A DNA stretch of 64,000 nt from Mobula hypostoma. Taxonomy: Eukaryota. Of this stretch, positions 1-13,100 are shown piece after piece. How positions within the stretch are numbered: position 1 is the stretch's first letter; each line of letters opens with the position of its first letter. The notes below the pieces were generated by a model, which was not told the origin of the DNA, searched no databases, and worked only from the letters and a program-made list of their open reading frames with translations. The translations under genes were made by a program, and so were the position numbers. The stretch is taken from positions 69,132,001 to 69,196,000 of the forward strand of contig NC_086108.1 of assembly GCF_963921235.1 (NCBI RefSeq), written 5' to 3'.

Positions 1-2082
1 TTTGGATGATGGAATTGATGGCTTTGCTGCAAAGTTTGCAGACAATATGAAGATAGGTGGAGGGGCAGGTAGTTTTGGAGAAGAAAAGAGGCTACAGAAG
101 GACAGACATTAGGAAAATGGGCAAAAAAATGACAGATGGAATATTGTGTCAGGAAGTGTATGGTCATGCACTTTGGACAAAAAATGGAAGGGTTGACTAT
201 TTTCTAAATGGAGAAATTACAAAAAAATCTGAGGTACAAAGGGACTTGGCAGTTCTTGTGCAGGATTCCCTAAAGGTTAATAAGAAAGTAAGGAGGCATG
301 GGACGCAAGGGGACATTGCTTTGTGGATCCAGAAGTGGCTTGCCCACAGAAGGCAAAGACTCGTTGTAGACGGGTCATATTTTGCATGGAGGTCGGTGAC
401 CAGTGGTGTGCTTCAGGGATCTGTTCTGAGACCCCTACTCTTCATGATTTTTTTATAAATGACCTGGATGAAGAAGTGGAGGGATGGGTTAGTAAATTTG
501 CTGATGACACAAAGGTTGGGGGTGTTGTGGATAGTTTGGAGGGCTGTCAGAGGTTACAGCGGGACATTGATAGGATACAAAACTGGGCTGAGAAGTGGCA
601 GATGGAATTCAACCCAGATAACTGTGAAGTGGTTTATTTTGGTAGGTCAAATATGATGACAGAATATAGTATTAATGGTAAGATTCTTGGCAGTGTGGAG
701 GATCAGAGGGATCTTAAGGTCCAAGTCCATAGGACACTCAAAGTCGCTGCGCAGGTTGACTCTGTGGTTAAGAAGGCATACAGTTCATTGGCCTTCATCA
801 ATCGTGGGATTGAGTTTAAGAGCTGAGAGGTAAAATTGCAGCTATATAGGATCCCGGTCAGACCCCACTTGGAGTACTGTGCTCGGTTCTGGTCGCCTCA
901 CTACAGGAAGGATGTGGAAACTATCAAAAGGGTGCAGAGGAGATTTACAAGGATGTTGTCTGGATTGGGGAGCATGACTGATGAGAATAGGTTGAGTGAA
1001 CTCGGCCTTTTCTCCTTGGAGAGACAGAGTATGAGAGGTGACCTGATAGAGGTGTATAAGATATTGAGAGGCATTGATCGCATGGATAGTCAAAGGCTTT
1101 TTCCCAGGGCTGAAATGGCTAGTGCGACGGGGTACAGTCTTAAGCTGCTTGAAAGTAGGTACAGAGGAGATATCAGGGGTAAGTTTTTTTATGAAGAGAG
1201 TGGTGAGTGCATGGAATGGGCTACAGGCAACAGTGGTGGAGGCGGATATGATGGAGTCTTTTAAGAGACTCCTGGATAGGTATATGGAGCTTAGAAAACT
1301 AGAGGGCTATGGGTAATCCTAGGTAATTTCTAAGGTAAGTACATGTTTGGCACAGCTTTGTGGGCTGAAGGGCCTGTATTGTGCTGTAGGTTTTCCATGT
1401 TTTTAATTTGCTGGTTGAATCTGTCGTGAGGAAGGCAAATGCAATGTTAGCATTAATTTCAAGAAGAATAGAATACAAAGTAAGGATGTAATGCTGAGAC
1501 TTTATAAAGCACTGGAGAGGCTTCACTTGGAGTATTGTGAGCAGTTTTGGGCCTCTTATCTTAGAAAGGATGTGCTGAAACTGGAGAGGGTACAAAATAG
1601 TTTAACCAAAATGATTCCACAATTGAATGGCTTGTTGTATGAAGAGCGTTTGATGGCTCTGGGCCTGTATTCACTGGAATTCGGGAGAATGAGGCACGAC
1701 CTCATTGAACCCTATCAAATAGTGAAAGGCCTTGATAGAGAGGATGTGGAGAGGATGCTTCCTCTGGTGGGACAGTCTAAGACCAGAGGACACAGCCTCA
1801 GAACAGAGGGGCTTCCTTTTAGTACGGAGATGAGGATGCATTTCTTTAGCCAGTGAGTGATGAATCCGTGGAATTCTTTGCCACATGCAGCAGTGGAGGC
1901 CAAGTCTTTATATATATTTAAGGCTGAGGTTGATAGATTCTTGATTGATCCGGGCTTGATGGAGATACATGGAGAATGCAGGAGATTGGGGCACAGAGGA
2001 AAACTAGATCAGCCATGATGAAATGCCGGAGCAAACTTGATGGGCAAAATGACCTAGTCCTGCTTCTATATCTTATGGTCTT
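1..2082 (+). mobile_element. CR1 LINE 3' fragment interrupted by a second CR1 (~283-1402)
   Basis: RT motifs SKFADDTK and RPHLEYC..FWSP are present. There are two separate CR1 3' tails, and the outer element resumes at ~1403 after TTAAT. Confidence 0.85.
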
Positions 2083-3014
2083 ATGTACATGTCCTTTTTT
2101 CATTGCTATCATGAGGTAGAGGGAAAGTGGCCTGAAGACACACACTCAGGGTTCAGGAATGGTGTATTCTCCTTCACCATCAGATTTCTGAATGGACAAT
2201 GAACCCATGAATACTTCCTCACTAGTTTTGCTCTCTTTTTACATGACTTAATTTATTTTTTATGTATACTTATTGTAGTTTATAATTTTAATTACTAGGT
2301 ATTGCAATGTACTGCTGCCTCAAAACAACAAATTTCACAACACATGCCAGTGATGTTAAACCTGATTCTGATTCTGAGGATCCAGATTTTAAAGTCATTG
2401 CCGAAGGAACTGAAGGTAACATGAGGGTTTGTTTTATTCAGCAGGTCACAAGGGTCACACCGCCTGAAGGAACAGTAGAAGCACATTGAAATGAATAACA
2501 GATGAGACTAACCTGACCAGTCTTCCTAAGAGCTAGCTTAATATACTGACTGGCTTTTTTTTTGTGGTCTAATGTTCCATATTTCTACTGCACAAGTTCT
2601 CAGCCAAATGTAACCATTGAACATATGACCTGTAAATTCAACCACTGCAAGGCTGACTATCTCTTTTGTCTCTACAGATGCTACCTGACCTGCTGAGTTT
2701 CTCCAGTAGCTTGTTTTTTGCTCCTTCCATCAACATTTAGCCTGCCATGCCATCATGTGGTACTTTGCTGCAACTTCAAATGTTGCGCAGCTTTATACTA
2801 CCTTTTAACTGACTTGTCGAGTGCAGTTTGATTACCTACAGGGAAACAGTGGTGCATGCACACTTGCGGTACAAATCCCTCTAGATACCATATCAGTTAG
2901 GCCATCGCACCGTATGCCTGCTGGAAATACAGAGAATTAATGATCCAGCTTGGCCAGTGTTGTCTTTTTTATCTAATGCCTTCTAACCAAGCAAGCTTTG
3001 TGTTCTGCAGCAGA

Positions 3015-4030
3015 AATCAGATTCAGGTTTAATATCATTGGCATATGGCATGAAATTTGTCATTTTGCAGCAGCAGTACAATTGCAATACATAATACAAA
3101 AAACTATAAATTACAATAAGTATATAAAAATTCAGTAAGTCATCCAAAAGGGGAAAAGAAAGGAAAAAAATTATGGAGGTAATGTTAATGGGTTCATTGT
3201 CCATTCAGAACTCTGATGGTAGAGGGGAAGAAGCTGTTTCTAAAACATTGAGTGTGTGTCTTCGGGCTCCTACACCTTGTCCCTGATGGTAGCAATGAGA
3301 AAAGGGCATGTCCTGAGTGATAAGGGTAATAATGGGTGCCGCCTTTTTGAGACATCACCTTTTGAAGATTTCCTGGATGCAGGGGAGACTGGCGCCATGA
3401 TGGAGGTGGCTGTGTTTACAACTTCTTGCAGCTTTTTCTGATAATGTGCAGTGACCCCTCTATTTCAGACAGTTGGAATGCTCTCCATGGTATGTCTGTA
3501 GAAATTTGCGTGTGTCTATAGTGACATACCAATTCTCCTAAAACTTCTAATGAAGTATAGCCACTGTCATGCCTTCTTTGTAATTGCATCAATATGTTGT
3601 CCCTAGGATAAATCCTCAGAGATGTTGAGGATCTTGAATCTGCTCACCCTTTCCAATTCTGTTCCCTTGATGAGGACTGGTGTGTGTACTCTTGACTTCC
3701 CCTTGCTGAAGTCCATAATCAATACCTTGGTCTTACAGGTACTGAGTGCAAGGTTGTGCCGTGATACCACACTTAACCAGCTGATCTATTTCACTCCTGT
3801 ATGCCTCCTTGTCACCATCTGAAATTCTGCCAATAATACTGTCATTGGCAAATTTATAGAGAATGGGCTAAGCATGCATCGTTCAGGTGCACCAGTGTAG
3901 ATTGTCAGTGAGGAGATGTTATTTCTAATCCACACAGACTGTGGTCTCCCAGTGAGGAAGTCAAGGATCCAGTTGCAGAGGGAGGTACAGAGGCCCATGT
4001 TTTAGAGCTTGTTGATTTGAATGAGGGTAT
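3015..4030 (-). mobile_element. Rex/Babar- or L2-like LINE 3' fragment
   Basis: Minus [23 protein letters not shown]; tail-like AATCAG repeats at the left end. Confidence 0.75.
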
Positions 4031-5832
4031 GGTTCCCTACTACTGCTGCAAGTGTATGTTATAGCATTAATACAGTGTGAGAGTAATTGGTAATAATTGT
4101 TAGAAATTATTAGTAGCTGAATGATGAAGGTATAGAGCACTGAATAATCTATGCATGGTAAAGTTGATTAGATATGGCATGTGAATTCAGGGAGGTGAAA
4201 CTGTTGAACATGACACTAAAAAATAGACATCAAAGTAGATAGCAGATAGTAAAAAGTAGATTTAAAAAGCAGATATCTTCCCCCTTCCTTCTCAGTCCTG
4301 AAAAAGGGCCATAGCTCAAAATGTCAACTGTCTATTCATATCCATCAATGCTGCCTGAGCTGGTGAGTTCCTCCAGCATTTTGTGTGTGTTGCTTTGGAT
4401 TTCCAGCATCTGCAGACTTTCTCATGTTTATGATTAGATATCTTAGTATGTTTAAAAAGCAGGATGCGCTGTTTGGTAAATGGGTACATTAGTTTATTAC
4501 TGTCACATGTATAATGAAATATTTATCTTGCATACCCTTCATGCTGATTAATTCATTACAACATTGCATCGAGTTAGTTCTAAGTAAAAGAATAAGAATG
4601 CAGATTAAAGTATTACAGAGAAAGTGCAGTGCAGGTGAACAGTAAGGTGCACGTTCATCAGTTAGATTATGAGGTCAAGAGTCTATTTTATCATACCAGT
4701 GAACCATTCAATGGTCTTAATACAGAGGGATAGAAGATGTCCTCGAGCTTGGTGGTACATGCTTTCAGGCTTTTGAGAGAGAGAATGTCTGGGGTGGAAT
4801 GGTTTTTTTTATTCTGCTGGCTGCTTTACTGAGGCAATGAGAAGTATGTTGGTGACCTGACAAATTTTAATTTTTCACGGGCCACAGGTGAGGTATCTTA
4901 TGATTGGAGGACAATAAATTGGTACCCTTATTCAGGAAATGCAGCAGAGATACAGCAAGTAATTACATTGAGGTACAGGTTTCATTTGCACTTAGAAGTG
5001 CAGGGAATAATCAAAGATAGCTGGCATAATTTTGTTAATGAGAGACCTGTCCACCTAATTTAACTGCATTTATTACCTCTTCATAAAATGTATCGATCAG
5101 GGTAGTGCAGTTGATAAAGTCTACACAGACTTCATTCAGACCTTTTGCTAAGTTCCACGTGTCAAATTGATCCAAAAAGTTAAGGAGGAAAGAAGAATGT
5201 CTGAAGGCATCAAATCCTTGAAAATCCCATTGCCAGTTTTCCATTGAAATCAATTGACAAAATATCCACACAGCATGGAGCATGCACAGGGAAAAGTCCC
5301 AACAGCTTTGGCATGCCTTGCACCATGTAAAGGGATCAATCTGTTAAAAGTTCATCAGGTGGTCAGTTGTAATCGAAGGCCCGGCGTTCTAAATAGAATC
5401 CTGTAAAAATCTGCTAGCTGCACCTGGATGGACATTGAGATGAAGTTTGCTTCTTCTGTCACTTCTGTAAGTGTGCTCTCATTGCACCTCCATGACAACT
5501 GGGTAAGCCGGTGAGAGCCATAAGACAGCTGTGCATCATTACTTCTCCTGCTTCTCCTGCAGGGTAACAGAAAAGTGACAAGAAAAATATTTTCTTTACT
5601 TTTTCAATCCTGTCTCTGTTTAACATCTGGAATAAACTACAAGGGATAAAATTGATAGGCTGAATGACCTGTTCTGCCATGTAACTTCTGTTTCTTAGAG
5701 GGTAGAAGGATAATGCATGCTTCTGCATTGTATGAACCTTTCCCTATCACCTTTCTTAGTTCTATTATTTATGATCTTTTTATACATTAAGATTGCACAA
5801 TGCCCTAATGTATATCATGACTTTATCTTCAT

Positions 5833-6040
5833 GGGCACGTGGCCAAGTGGTTAAGGCGTTTGTCTAGTGATCTGAAGGTCGCTGGTTCGAGCCTCAGCTG
5901 TGGCCGCGTGTTTGTGTCCTTGAGCAAGGCACTTAACCACAAATTGCTCTAGTCATCACACAGACTTCCAATCTGCGCCTTGTAAGGCATGAAAATGCCC
6001 AACGCAGATCTTTCATGATCTGAGTTGACGTTCCCTTCCC
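5833..6040 (+). mobile_element. tRNA-derived SINE (CORE-like)
   Basis: Pol III A box TGGCCAAGTGG (5840-5850) and B box GGTTCGAGCC (5884-5893), followed by GTGTCCTTGAGCAAGGCACTTAACC. Confidence 0.8.
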
Positions 6041-6389
6041 TTATCTTCACTAGGACTAGATCTGGATCAATGGAGCCCTGACGCAGCAGTTCTAGTGTCC
6101 AAAGTGATAAATAAGAAACCAGAAGGCTGTTTGTGTCATCTGAATAGCTCATACCTGATAACATTAACTGTTTTCCATCCCTTTCCCATTTGTCTTAATT
6201 CCTCTATTATCCATAGAGTGATAGTTATCCAGTGTGAAGTAGACCCTTCAGCCAACTCTTCCAGGAATATCAATGTGCGAGTCCCATATCCTTCTAATAC
6301 TTTCCTATCCAATTAACTGTCTACATTTATTTTAAATTTTGTAATATGTTCACTTTTCGCTGATCCCATGATAGACAGTTTTGTCTCAA

Positions 6390-6600
6390 TAAACACAAAG
6401 AGATTTTGTAGATGCTGGAAATCCAGAGCAACACACACAAAATGCTGGAGGAACTCAGGCAGGTCAGGCAGTATTTATGGAAATGAATAAACAGTTGACG
6501 TTTGGAAGCTGGTGAAGGGTCTCCGCCCAAAACGCCGACTGTTTATTCATTTCCAGAGACGCTGTCTGACCTGCTGAGTTCCTCCAGCATCTTGTGTGTG
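6390..6600. mobile_element. Penelope-derived short element with inverted termini and degenerate hammerhead
   Basis: ACACACAAAATGCTGGAGGAACTCAG and its reverse complement flank a GAAGGGTCTCCGCCCAAAACGCCGACTG core. Confidence 0.7.
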
Positions 6601-7529
6601 TAAATATCTCTCATTACATTCATGGGCAAACTGTTGCACTTGCAAAGATGGAACACCGGACTACCTAAGAATCATACAATAATCACAAGCGGCACGTAAT
6701 TTTTCTAGCAACAGTCGATTTTGTTTGAATTTTATTTTCAAGAGATCATAAATCTGTGAATCTCGGGTAGGAATGGAAAGGAAAATTCAAAGCTGCTCGC
6801 TTGATGAGACATGAAGTATCCCATTTGAAGTAGCCACGATGTAAAATTCAACATTTCATTTTAAAAAAAAACCAAGATTGTTTGCTGCACTCACAAGATG
6901 CTGCAGGAACTCAGCAGATCAAACAACATCGATGGAAGGAAATGAACAGTCGCCGTTTCGGGCAGAGGCTCTTGCGTTTGTGTGCGCTGCTCCAGATTTT
7001 CTACAACGGAGTTGCTCTTGTATCTCCACACACGAAATATATTTCCAAATTTTCCTTTATTCACACTTTTCTAACGAGAGGCATTTTTTAAATACATGTT
7101 GGAAATTTTCCAGAAAGAAAAAAGTTTGCCAATTTTAACTTTCCGGGGGGAAAGGAAGATCGTTCCAAATGACTACTGGTAAACTAATCTTCATTTGGAG
7201 CATACCAGACAACCCGTTCTTATTCGAGAGGTTGTATTGAAGAGGACTTTAGGGGGATTGCACTAACTGTTTATAGAGGCGGCGTGAAAGGTTAAATTTG
7301 TAAGGTTTTCCAAGCTTTTACTGCGAAGGGAGGATTTTGGGCTTCACAATGATAAAAACTTTGAATTGCCAGGAATTCTGTTAATTAGCTGATACCCTTC
7401 ATTGAAATAAAATGAAGAACACGAATTAGAATTACCCCCAGTCCTCAGCGCCAACTCGCCTGCCTTGTATCCATGATTCCTGAAGTAGCATTTCCATGTT
7501 CCCGTACTCTGGGTTTCATGAGACAACGC

Positions 7530-7700
7530 AAGCCCACAGCCGCAGTCTGACGAGTAAACACGTTACGCGCCTCAGCGCGAAACGCGGACTGAGAGGAATC
7601 CCCGGCTTCACGAGACTTTAACTTGTTACGTCACAAAAGCCGGGATGTGTGTCAGAGGGAGGTCGATATCGTTCCTGCTCCGAGGGCAAACGTAGGCTTG
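7530..7700. promoter_or_regulatory. CpG-rich promoter, probably for the + strand EGF-TM gene and possibly bidirectional
   Basis: The clearest non-repeat CpG cluster in a CpG-depleted window. It has an E2F-consensus GCGCGAAA (7575-7582) and a CRE/ATF-like TTACGTCA (7626-7633), and lies just upstream of a strong donor CAG|GTGAGA at 7884/7885. Confidence 0.65.
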
Positions 7701-7790
7701 CTTGGTGATGGTCAATTGCTGAGGATACTGGGCTGTTTGGAATGGGAGAATGGATGGCGAGCAAGGTTGTTAGTTGTAAAATGACCTACA

Positions 7791-7884
7791 ATGTATACTC
7801 AGGAGGGCGGTTCTCTACAACTCAATTTTGGGAATCGTGGAGAATCGAAGTTGAGTAAAAATCAAACAGAAGTGAACAGAGCAG
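7791..7884 (+). CDS. Putative first coding exon of the EGF-TM gene (MYTQEGGSLQLNFGNRGESKLSKNQTEVNRA)
   Basis: ATG has A at -3, with an in-frame upstream stop. The frame is open to a phase-1 GTGAGA donor that matches the phase of the EGF exon. It contains an NQT sequon. No signal peptide is seen, so this exon could be UTR instead. Confidence 0.45.
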
Positions 7885-8299
7885 GTGAGAATTTTTCCTC
7901 ATTTTTTCTGTATAAAGAATTTTGCAATCCCTGAATAAAAGTTTGTTTATTCACAGATTTGTAAATAAAAGTCAATGTTAATTGCAAATTAACTTCATTT
8001 AACTATATAATTTTGATTACCCCTGTAACAGCTTTACAAATATTTAGCTGAATAATTTAGGTCTATTAAAAATTTAGTTTATTTGTTGTAAAATTTTTTG
8101 AATTAGCTGGATGAGATGGAGATTCAAGGGAGTATTTGGACTCTGCAATAAGATGTAAATCGGGTGTGTGAGTGAAACATGGCAATGGCTTGGGAAGTGT
8201 GAGAGTCACACATTTTAATAGAGGAAATCAAATGTCTATTAGTTAAATAGACAGAAAATGCAGATGAAGAGAGCTACGTAAAGTTATTATAGAAGTACC

Positions 8300-9482
8300 T
8301 ATATGTCACCACATATTACCTTGAGATTCATTTTCTTGCAGACATTTACAGGAAAATAGAGAAATACAACAGAATTTATGAAATTCTATTTATGAAAAAC
8401 TATAAATAACAAAGACTGACAAACAACCAATGTGTAAAAATAGGACAATTTCTGCAAATAATAATGAAAAAAGAAAATAAATAATAGTGAATTGTAGAGT
8501 CCTTGAAGGTGAATCAGACATTGTGGAGTCAGTTCAGCGCTGGAGTGAGTGAAGTTATCCATTCTGATTCAGGAAGCTGACGGTCGAAGGGTAATAACCT
8601 TTCCTGAACCTGTGGTATGGGACCTAAGGCTCCTGTACCTCCTGCTTGATAACAATGGGATGATGGGGGTCCTTGATGATAGATGCTGCTTTCTTGTGGT
8701 GCCACTCATTGAACTCAATAAGGGGAGGGTTTTGCATGCAATGGACAGGACTTTATGCACCACTTTTTGTAGACTTTTCTGTTCTTGGACACTGGTGTTT
8801 CCATCCCAGGCTGTGATGCAGCTAGTCAGGATGCTCTCTATTGTGCATCTGTAGAGGCTTGTCAAAGATGTCTGCTGAATCAATGCAAACTTCTCAGAAA
8901 GTAGAGGTCAAAGGCTGGGAATCCTGCGGCATGTAACTCACCTCCTGAGTCCCCAAAGCCTGTCCACCATCTACAAGGCTCAGGTTAGGAGTGAAATGGA
9001 ATACTTGCCACTCTCTTGGATGAGTGCAGCTCCATCAACACTCAAAAGGCTTGTCACCATCCAGTACAAGGCAGCCCACTTGATTGTACCCTTCCACAAG
9101 CATCCGATCCATCCACCATCGATTAAACAGTTGCAGCAGTGTGTACTATCTACAAGATGCACTGCAACAACACACCAAAGTTCCTAAGGCAGCACCTTCC
9201 AGACCCACGACCACTACCATCTACAAGAATGAGAACAACAGAAACCAGGAAACACCACCACTTGGAAATCACTTACCATACTGACTTGGAAACATATCGC
9301 TGTTCCTTCACTGTCACTGGGTCAAAACCATGGAATTCCCACCCTACAGCACTGTGGGGGTGTATCTACACCTCTGGGACTGCAGCGGTTCAAGAAGGCA
9401 GCTCATCACCATCTTCTCAAGGGCAATGAATGCTGGCTTAGCTGGCAATGGCCACATCCTGTAAGTGAATAAATAAAAAAAA
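8300..9482. mobile_element. Adjacent LINE remnants: Rex/L2-like on minus to ~8905, then L2/CR1-group 3' end on plus with an A-rich tail
   Basis: Minus ORF LYRCTIESILTSCITAW; plus ORF MEYLPLSWMSAAPSTLKRL; tail AATAAATAAAAAA. Confidence 0.65.
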
Positions 9483-9677
9483 AGGTGCTATCGTGCCTTC
9501 TTTGTGACAGATCCTCTGATATGGTAATGCCAAGGAACTTTAAAGCTTCTGATCCTCTCCACCTCCAATCCCCGAATGAGGACTGGCTTCCTGTCCTATG
9601 GCTTCTTCCTTCAGTAGTCAGTGACCAGCTCCTTGGTTTTGTTGACTTTGAGTTAAAGGGTGGTGTTATGGCACCAT

Positions 9678-10102
9678 CGGGGTGCAGTGGTAGCCAGAGC
9701 GCACCCAGCACATCTTTAAGAAAAAAGCCCAACTAAACAAGCTAATTAATTAGGTGCCGTCCAGGGTGATTTGAGTATCTCAGAAACTGCTGATCTCCTG
9801 GGATTTTTACGCATAACAGGCTCTGGAGTTTACAAAGAATGGTGCCAAAAACAAAATAAACATCCAGCAAGTGGATTTAACAAGATATTTTCATTCACAG
9901 AACAGCCACTCGCTAGATTTTTAAAAATTTTTGGCACCATTCTTTATAAACTCCAGAGTCTGTTGTGTGTAAAAATCCCAGGAGATCAGCAGTTTCTGAG
10001 ATACTCAATTCACCCTGGGCGGCACCTAATTAATTAGCTTGTTTAGTTCGGCTTTTATCTTAGAGATGTGCCCGGTGCGCTCCGGCTAGCACTGTACCCC
10101 TG
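9678..10102. mobile_element. hAT-like foldback MITE with ~173 bp inverted arms
   Basis: Arms at 9679-9851 and 9928-10100. Termini C(A)GGGGT..ACCCCTG. 8-bp TSD GGCACCAT at 9670-9677 and 10103-10110. Confidence 0.82.
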
Positions 10103-13100
10103 GGCACCATCCAATCAGATTTTAAGTCCTGATGAAGGGTCACAGCCTGAAACATCGACTGTTTATTCCTTTCCAGGGAGTGCTGCCTGACTTGCATTTT
10201 GAGTATATTACTCTGGATTTCCAGCATCTGCGGGATATCTTGTGTTTAAGATTTTCAATCTTCCTCCTATATTTTGATTCATCACCACCTTTGATTTGGT
10301 CAACAACAGTGGTGTCATCAGCAAACTTAAATATGGCTTGGACCTGTAGTTAGCCATAGCTATAAAAGTGAATGGAACAAGAGGCCTAGCACACATCTTG
10401 TGCTGATGGTAATTGTAAAGGAGATGTTGTTGCCAATCTGTACTGACTGAGGTCTACAAGTGAGGAAATCAATGATCCCTGGTGCACAGGGAGATATTGG
10501 CCTTTATTGCAAGAAAGGGATTAGAAATAGCAGAGGTACTGTTACACATCGTTGGTGAGGAGACACCTGGTGCACTCCCCTTACTTAAGAAAGAGAGCTC
10601 TACTGTTGGAAGTGGGCTAATTGAGGTTCCCAATGCTAATTCTTGTGATGTGTAGGTAGTCCTTTTATGGTCAACCAAAGAAATTAGATCTGAATTTTTT
10701 TGGGGGTAGAAAAATGAGGGTGATCTGATTAAAACAGGTTTCTGAAAGGGCATGACAGGACATATCTGGAGATGATCCTGCTAGTGGAAGAATCTCAAAG
10801 GAGAGGATGTGGTTACTAGATTCGAGGTAGTCATTTAAATCTGAAGAATGTATTTTCAGGGAAAATGATGGATCGCGAGACTTCCATACCACAGAGGGTT
10901 AAGGAAGCTAGATCACTGGGGGTATTTAAAGAGTAATACACTTTTTGAAAAGTCTGGAAATTAAGGACACAGAAAAAGACATGATGTCTGATACAGATTA
11001 GCTTTGATTGTATTGGATGCTGGGGCAGGTGTGAGGGGCCAAATGTGTTTTGTATTGATTTCCCAGCTACTGGCCTATTAGTCAGATTTAACTAGGCCCA
11101 ATTTCCTTGCCTTCCCTTCTGTCTTCAGACATGAGGAGTGTATTCCTACACCTGCCCAGATCTCTGATTGAATTTCATTTGCCAATCTCTCGTGGTTCAA
11201 TCCTTCAGAAAGTGTGTGCTTTCAGTTACGAGATATGTATTAGTTTTGGATTTTCTGGCTGCTGACCAAAATAAAGCAGAAGGTATTCAAATACATTCCT
11301 GTCCTGGAAGATATCATTGAGCTGGTATGTATTCAAATTCTTCAATGGGGAAAAAAACTCAGCTGAAAATCCAAAGCACTGTTATTTTTGTTGGCATTAT
11401 GAATTTGCAGAATTTGTATATATTATAATATAGTGTTTGTCATTGCTGTTTCTTCTACAAGTGCCATGGACGGTCCTGATTAGCTCCTGATGACAATTGT
11501 TGTAATTCACCTATCAATTGAAACTAATATTGAGCAGACCTTTCTTTCTGATTCTCGTTGTAAATGTTACTTTACATGCAAATTCTTAACCATTTGTAAA
11601 TTCAAGATGGCAATTCATTCCCTTACTATTGTTAGCATTACGGTTTACGCAGTTTGTGGTGTTTCCTTTATGACCTGCTGTTCAGTTATATTGTTGTGAT
11701 CCAATTGTCCAAGAAAAGTTAGATCTAGAAGGATCCAGTTTCTCATACCTATGCTGTCTCTCTACTACATTAATTTGCTAGCTTCAACCCCTTCTCACGT
11801 TGGCATGGCAACACTTGGAGGTTGCTCCAGGGCATACTCGATGCAAACAGCGCATTTCACAGTATGTTTCAATGTTTTGATGTGCTGTACATATATGTGA
11901 CAAATAAAACTAATCTTTAATTTCCATTATGCTATTCATTATTATTGTATCCAGAATCTCAACTATTTCAACTCACTCTTTCCCTGGTATATTAATAGTG
12001 GTCTCAGTGGTCATGTGCAAGTTTCCATTTTCCCCCCCACTGTCTTTTTACTATTTGTCTGCATGTAGAATATTTTTGTATTCCTATCAGATTTAATTAG
12101 AAACTAGAATAATAGGTTTGACTCTGAAGTGTGGACTAAATTTTAACATGCCTAGCTGTTAAGTCTGATTGCCACAGAGGTGTGACAAATGCTAATATTT
12201 TAAATATATCATTAACAAACATTTTTGGTTTTGCTTGCTATGTGTAGACAGATTCAAGTTTTGTATAATAATATTGGTGCTCTGCTGTTTTTTGGAGATA
12301 TACTAGCACTATAATACAATATAATAATTATATGAAATATAATAATTTAACTATAAAATTAAGTTTGCCTCTTAAGTTTTAATTGTGCCCTATGGCAAAA
12401 ACTCCACTACTTTCAGTTGAATCATTTTGTGTAATCTAAACTTTAAATGACAAATTCTAAACTCTAACCTACTGGATTTTTAAAAAGCTTAAAAGTGACA
12501 TTTGCGTGTTTCTTGGAAAATAGTTGTGAAATCGCAATGTAATCTGTAACTTCATCAAAACTTAGCTTTTCCCTGGAAAATTGAAATTGGCAGGCAGCTG
12601 CACATTAGATCTTTATGCTCACTGCTCTTACACCGATGAATCCATACTATTATTTTTGGGATGTGCTATGATAAACTTACAAATCAGTTGTAGATCATTG
12701 AATGAAAGGTTAATTGAACTTTAAAAATTTTACTGCACCAGAGGAGGCTACTCTTCCTTGTGAGTTTACCAGCTCATCATGGAGCAAAGCAGTTGGTCCT
12801 ATTTCCCCTGTCTTGCAGATTTTGTTTTATCTATAAATACTTACACAGTTTCCTTTTGTGACCTATAATTAACTTTTCATTTCCACACTGTAAATAGTGC
12901 AGGACTGCTCATTACTGCATAGAAGTGTTTTTTCACACATCATCCCTGATCTTTTCGCTAATTATGGATGCTTCACTAATGGAAACCACTTTCTCTCCAT
13001 TTATCTGATCAAGATATTCTACAGCTCTGCCAAAGCTTTTTTCAACCTTGAAGATACAGGAGATTGCAGATGCTGGAACCTCAAGCAAGAAAAAAAGAAG

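Noticed and set aside
57..1856. Long RT-like ORFs as host genes
   Set aside because: Frameshifted, truncated CR1 ORF2 fragments.
5833..5905. tRNA gene-like sequence
   Set aside because: It has A/B boxes but no clean acceptor stem and continues into a SINE body.
11411..11472. Possible signal-peptide exon (ICIYYNIVFVIAVSSTSAMD)
   Set aside because: Weak pyrimidine tract, poor donor, and it needs a phase-2 upstream donor that I could not find.
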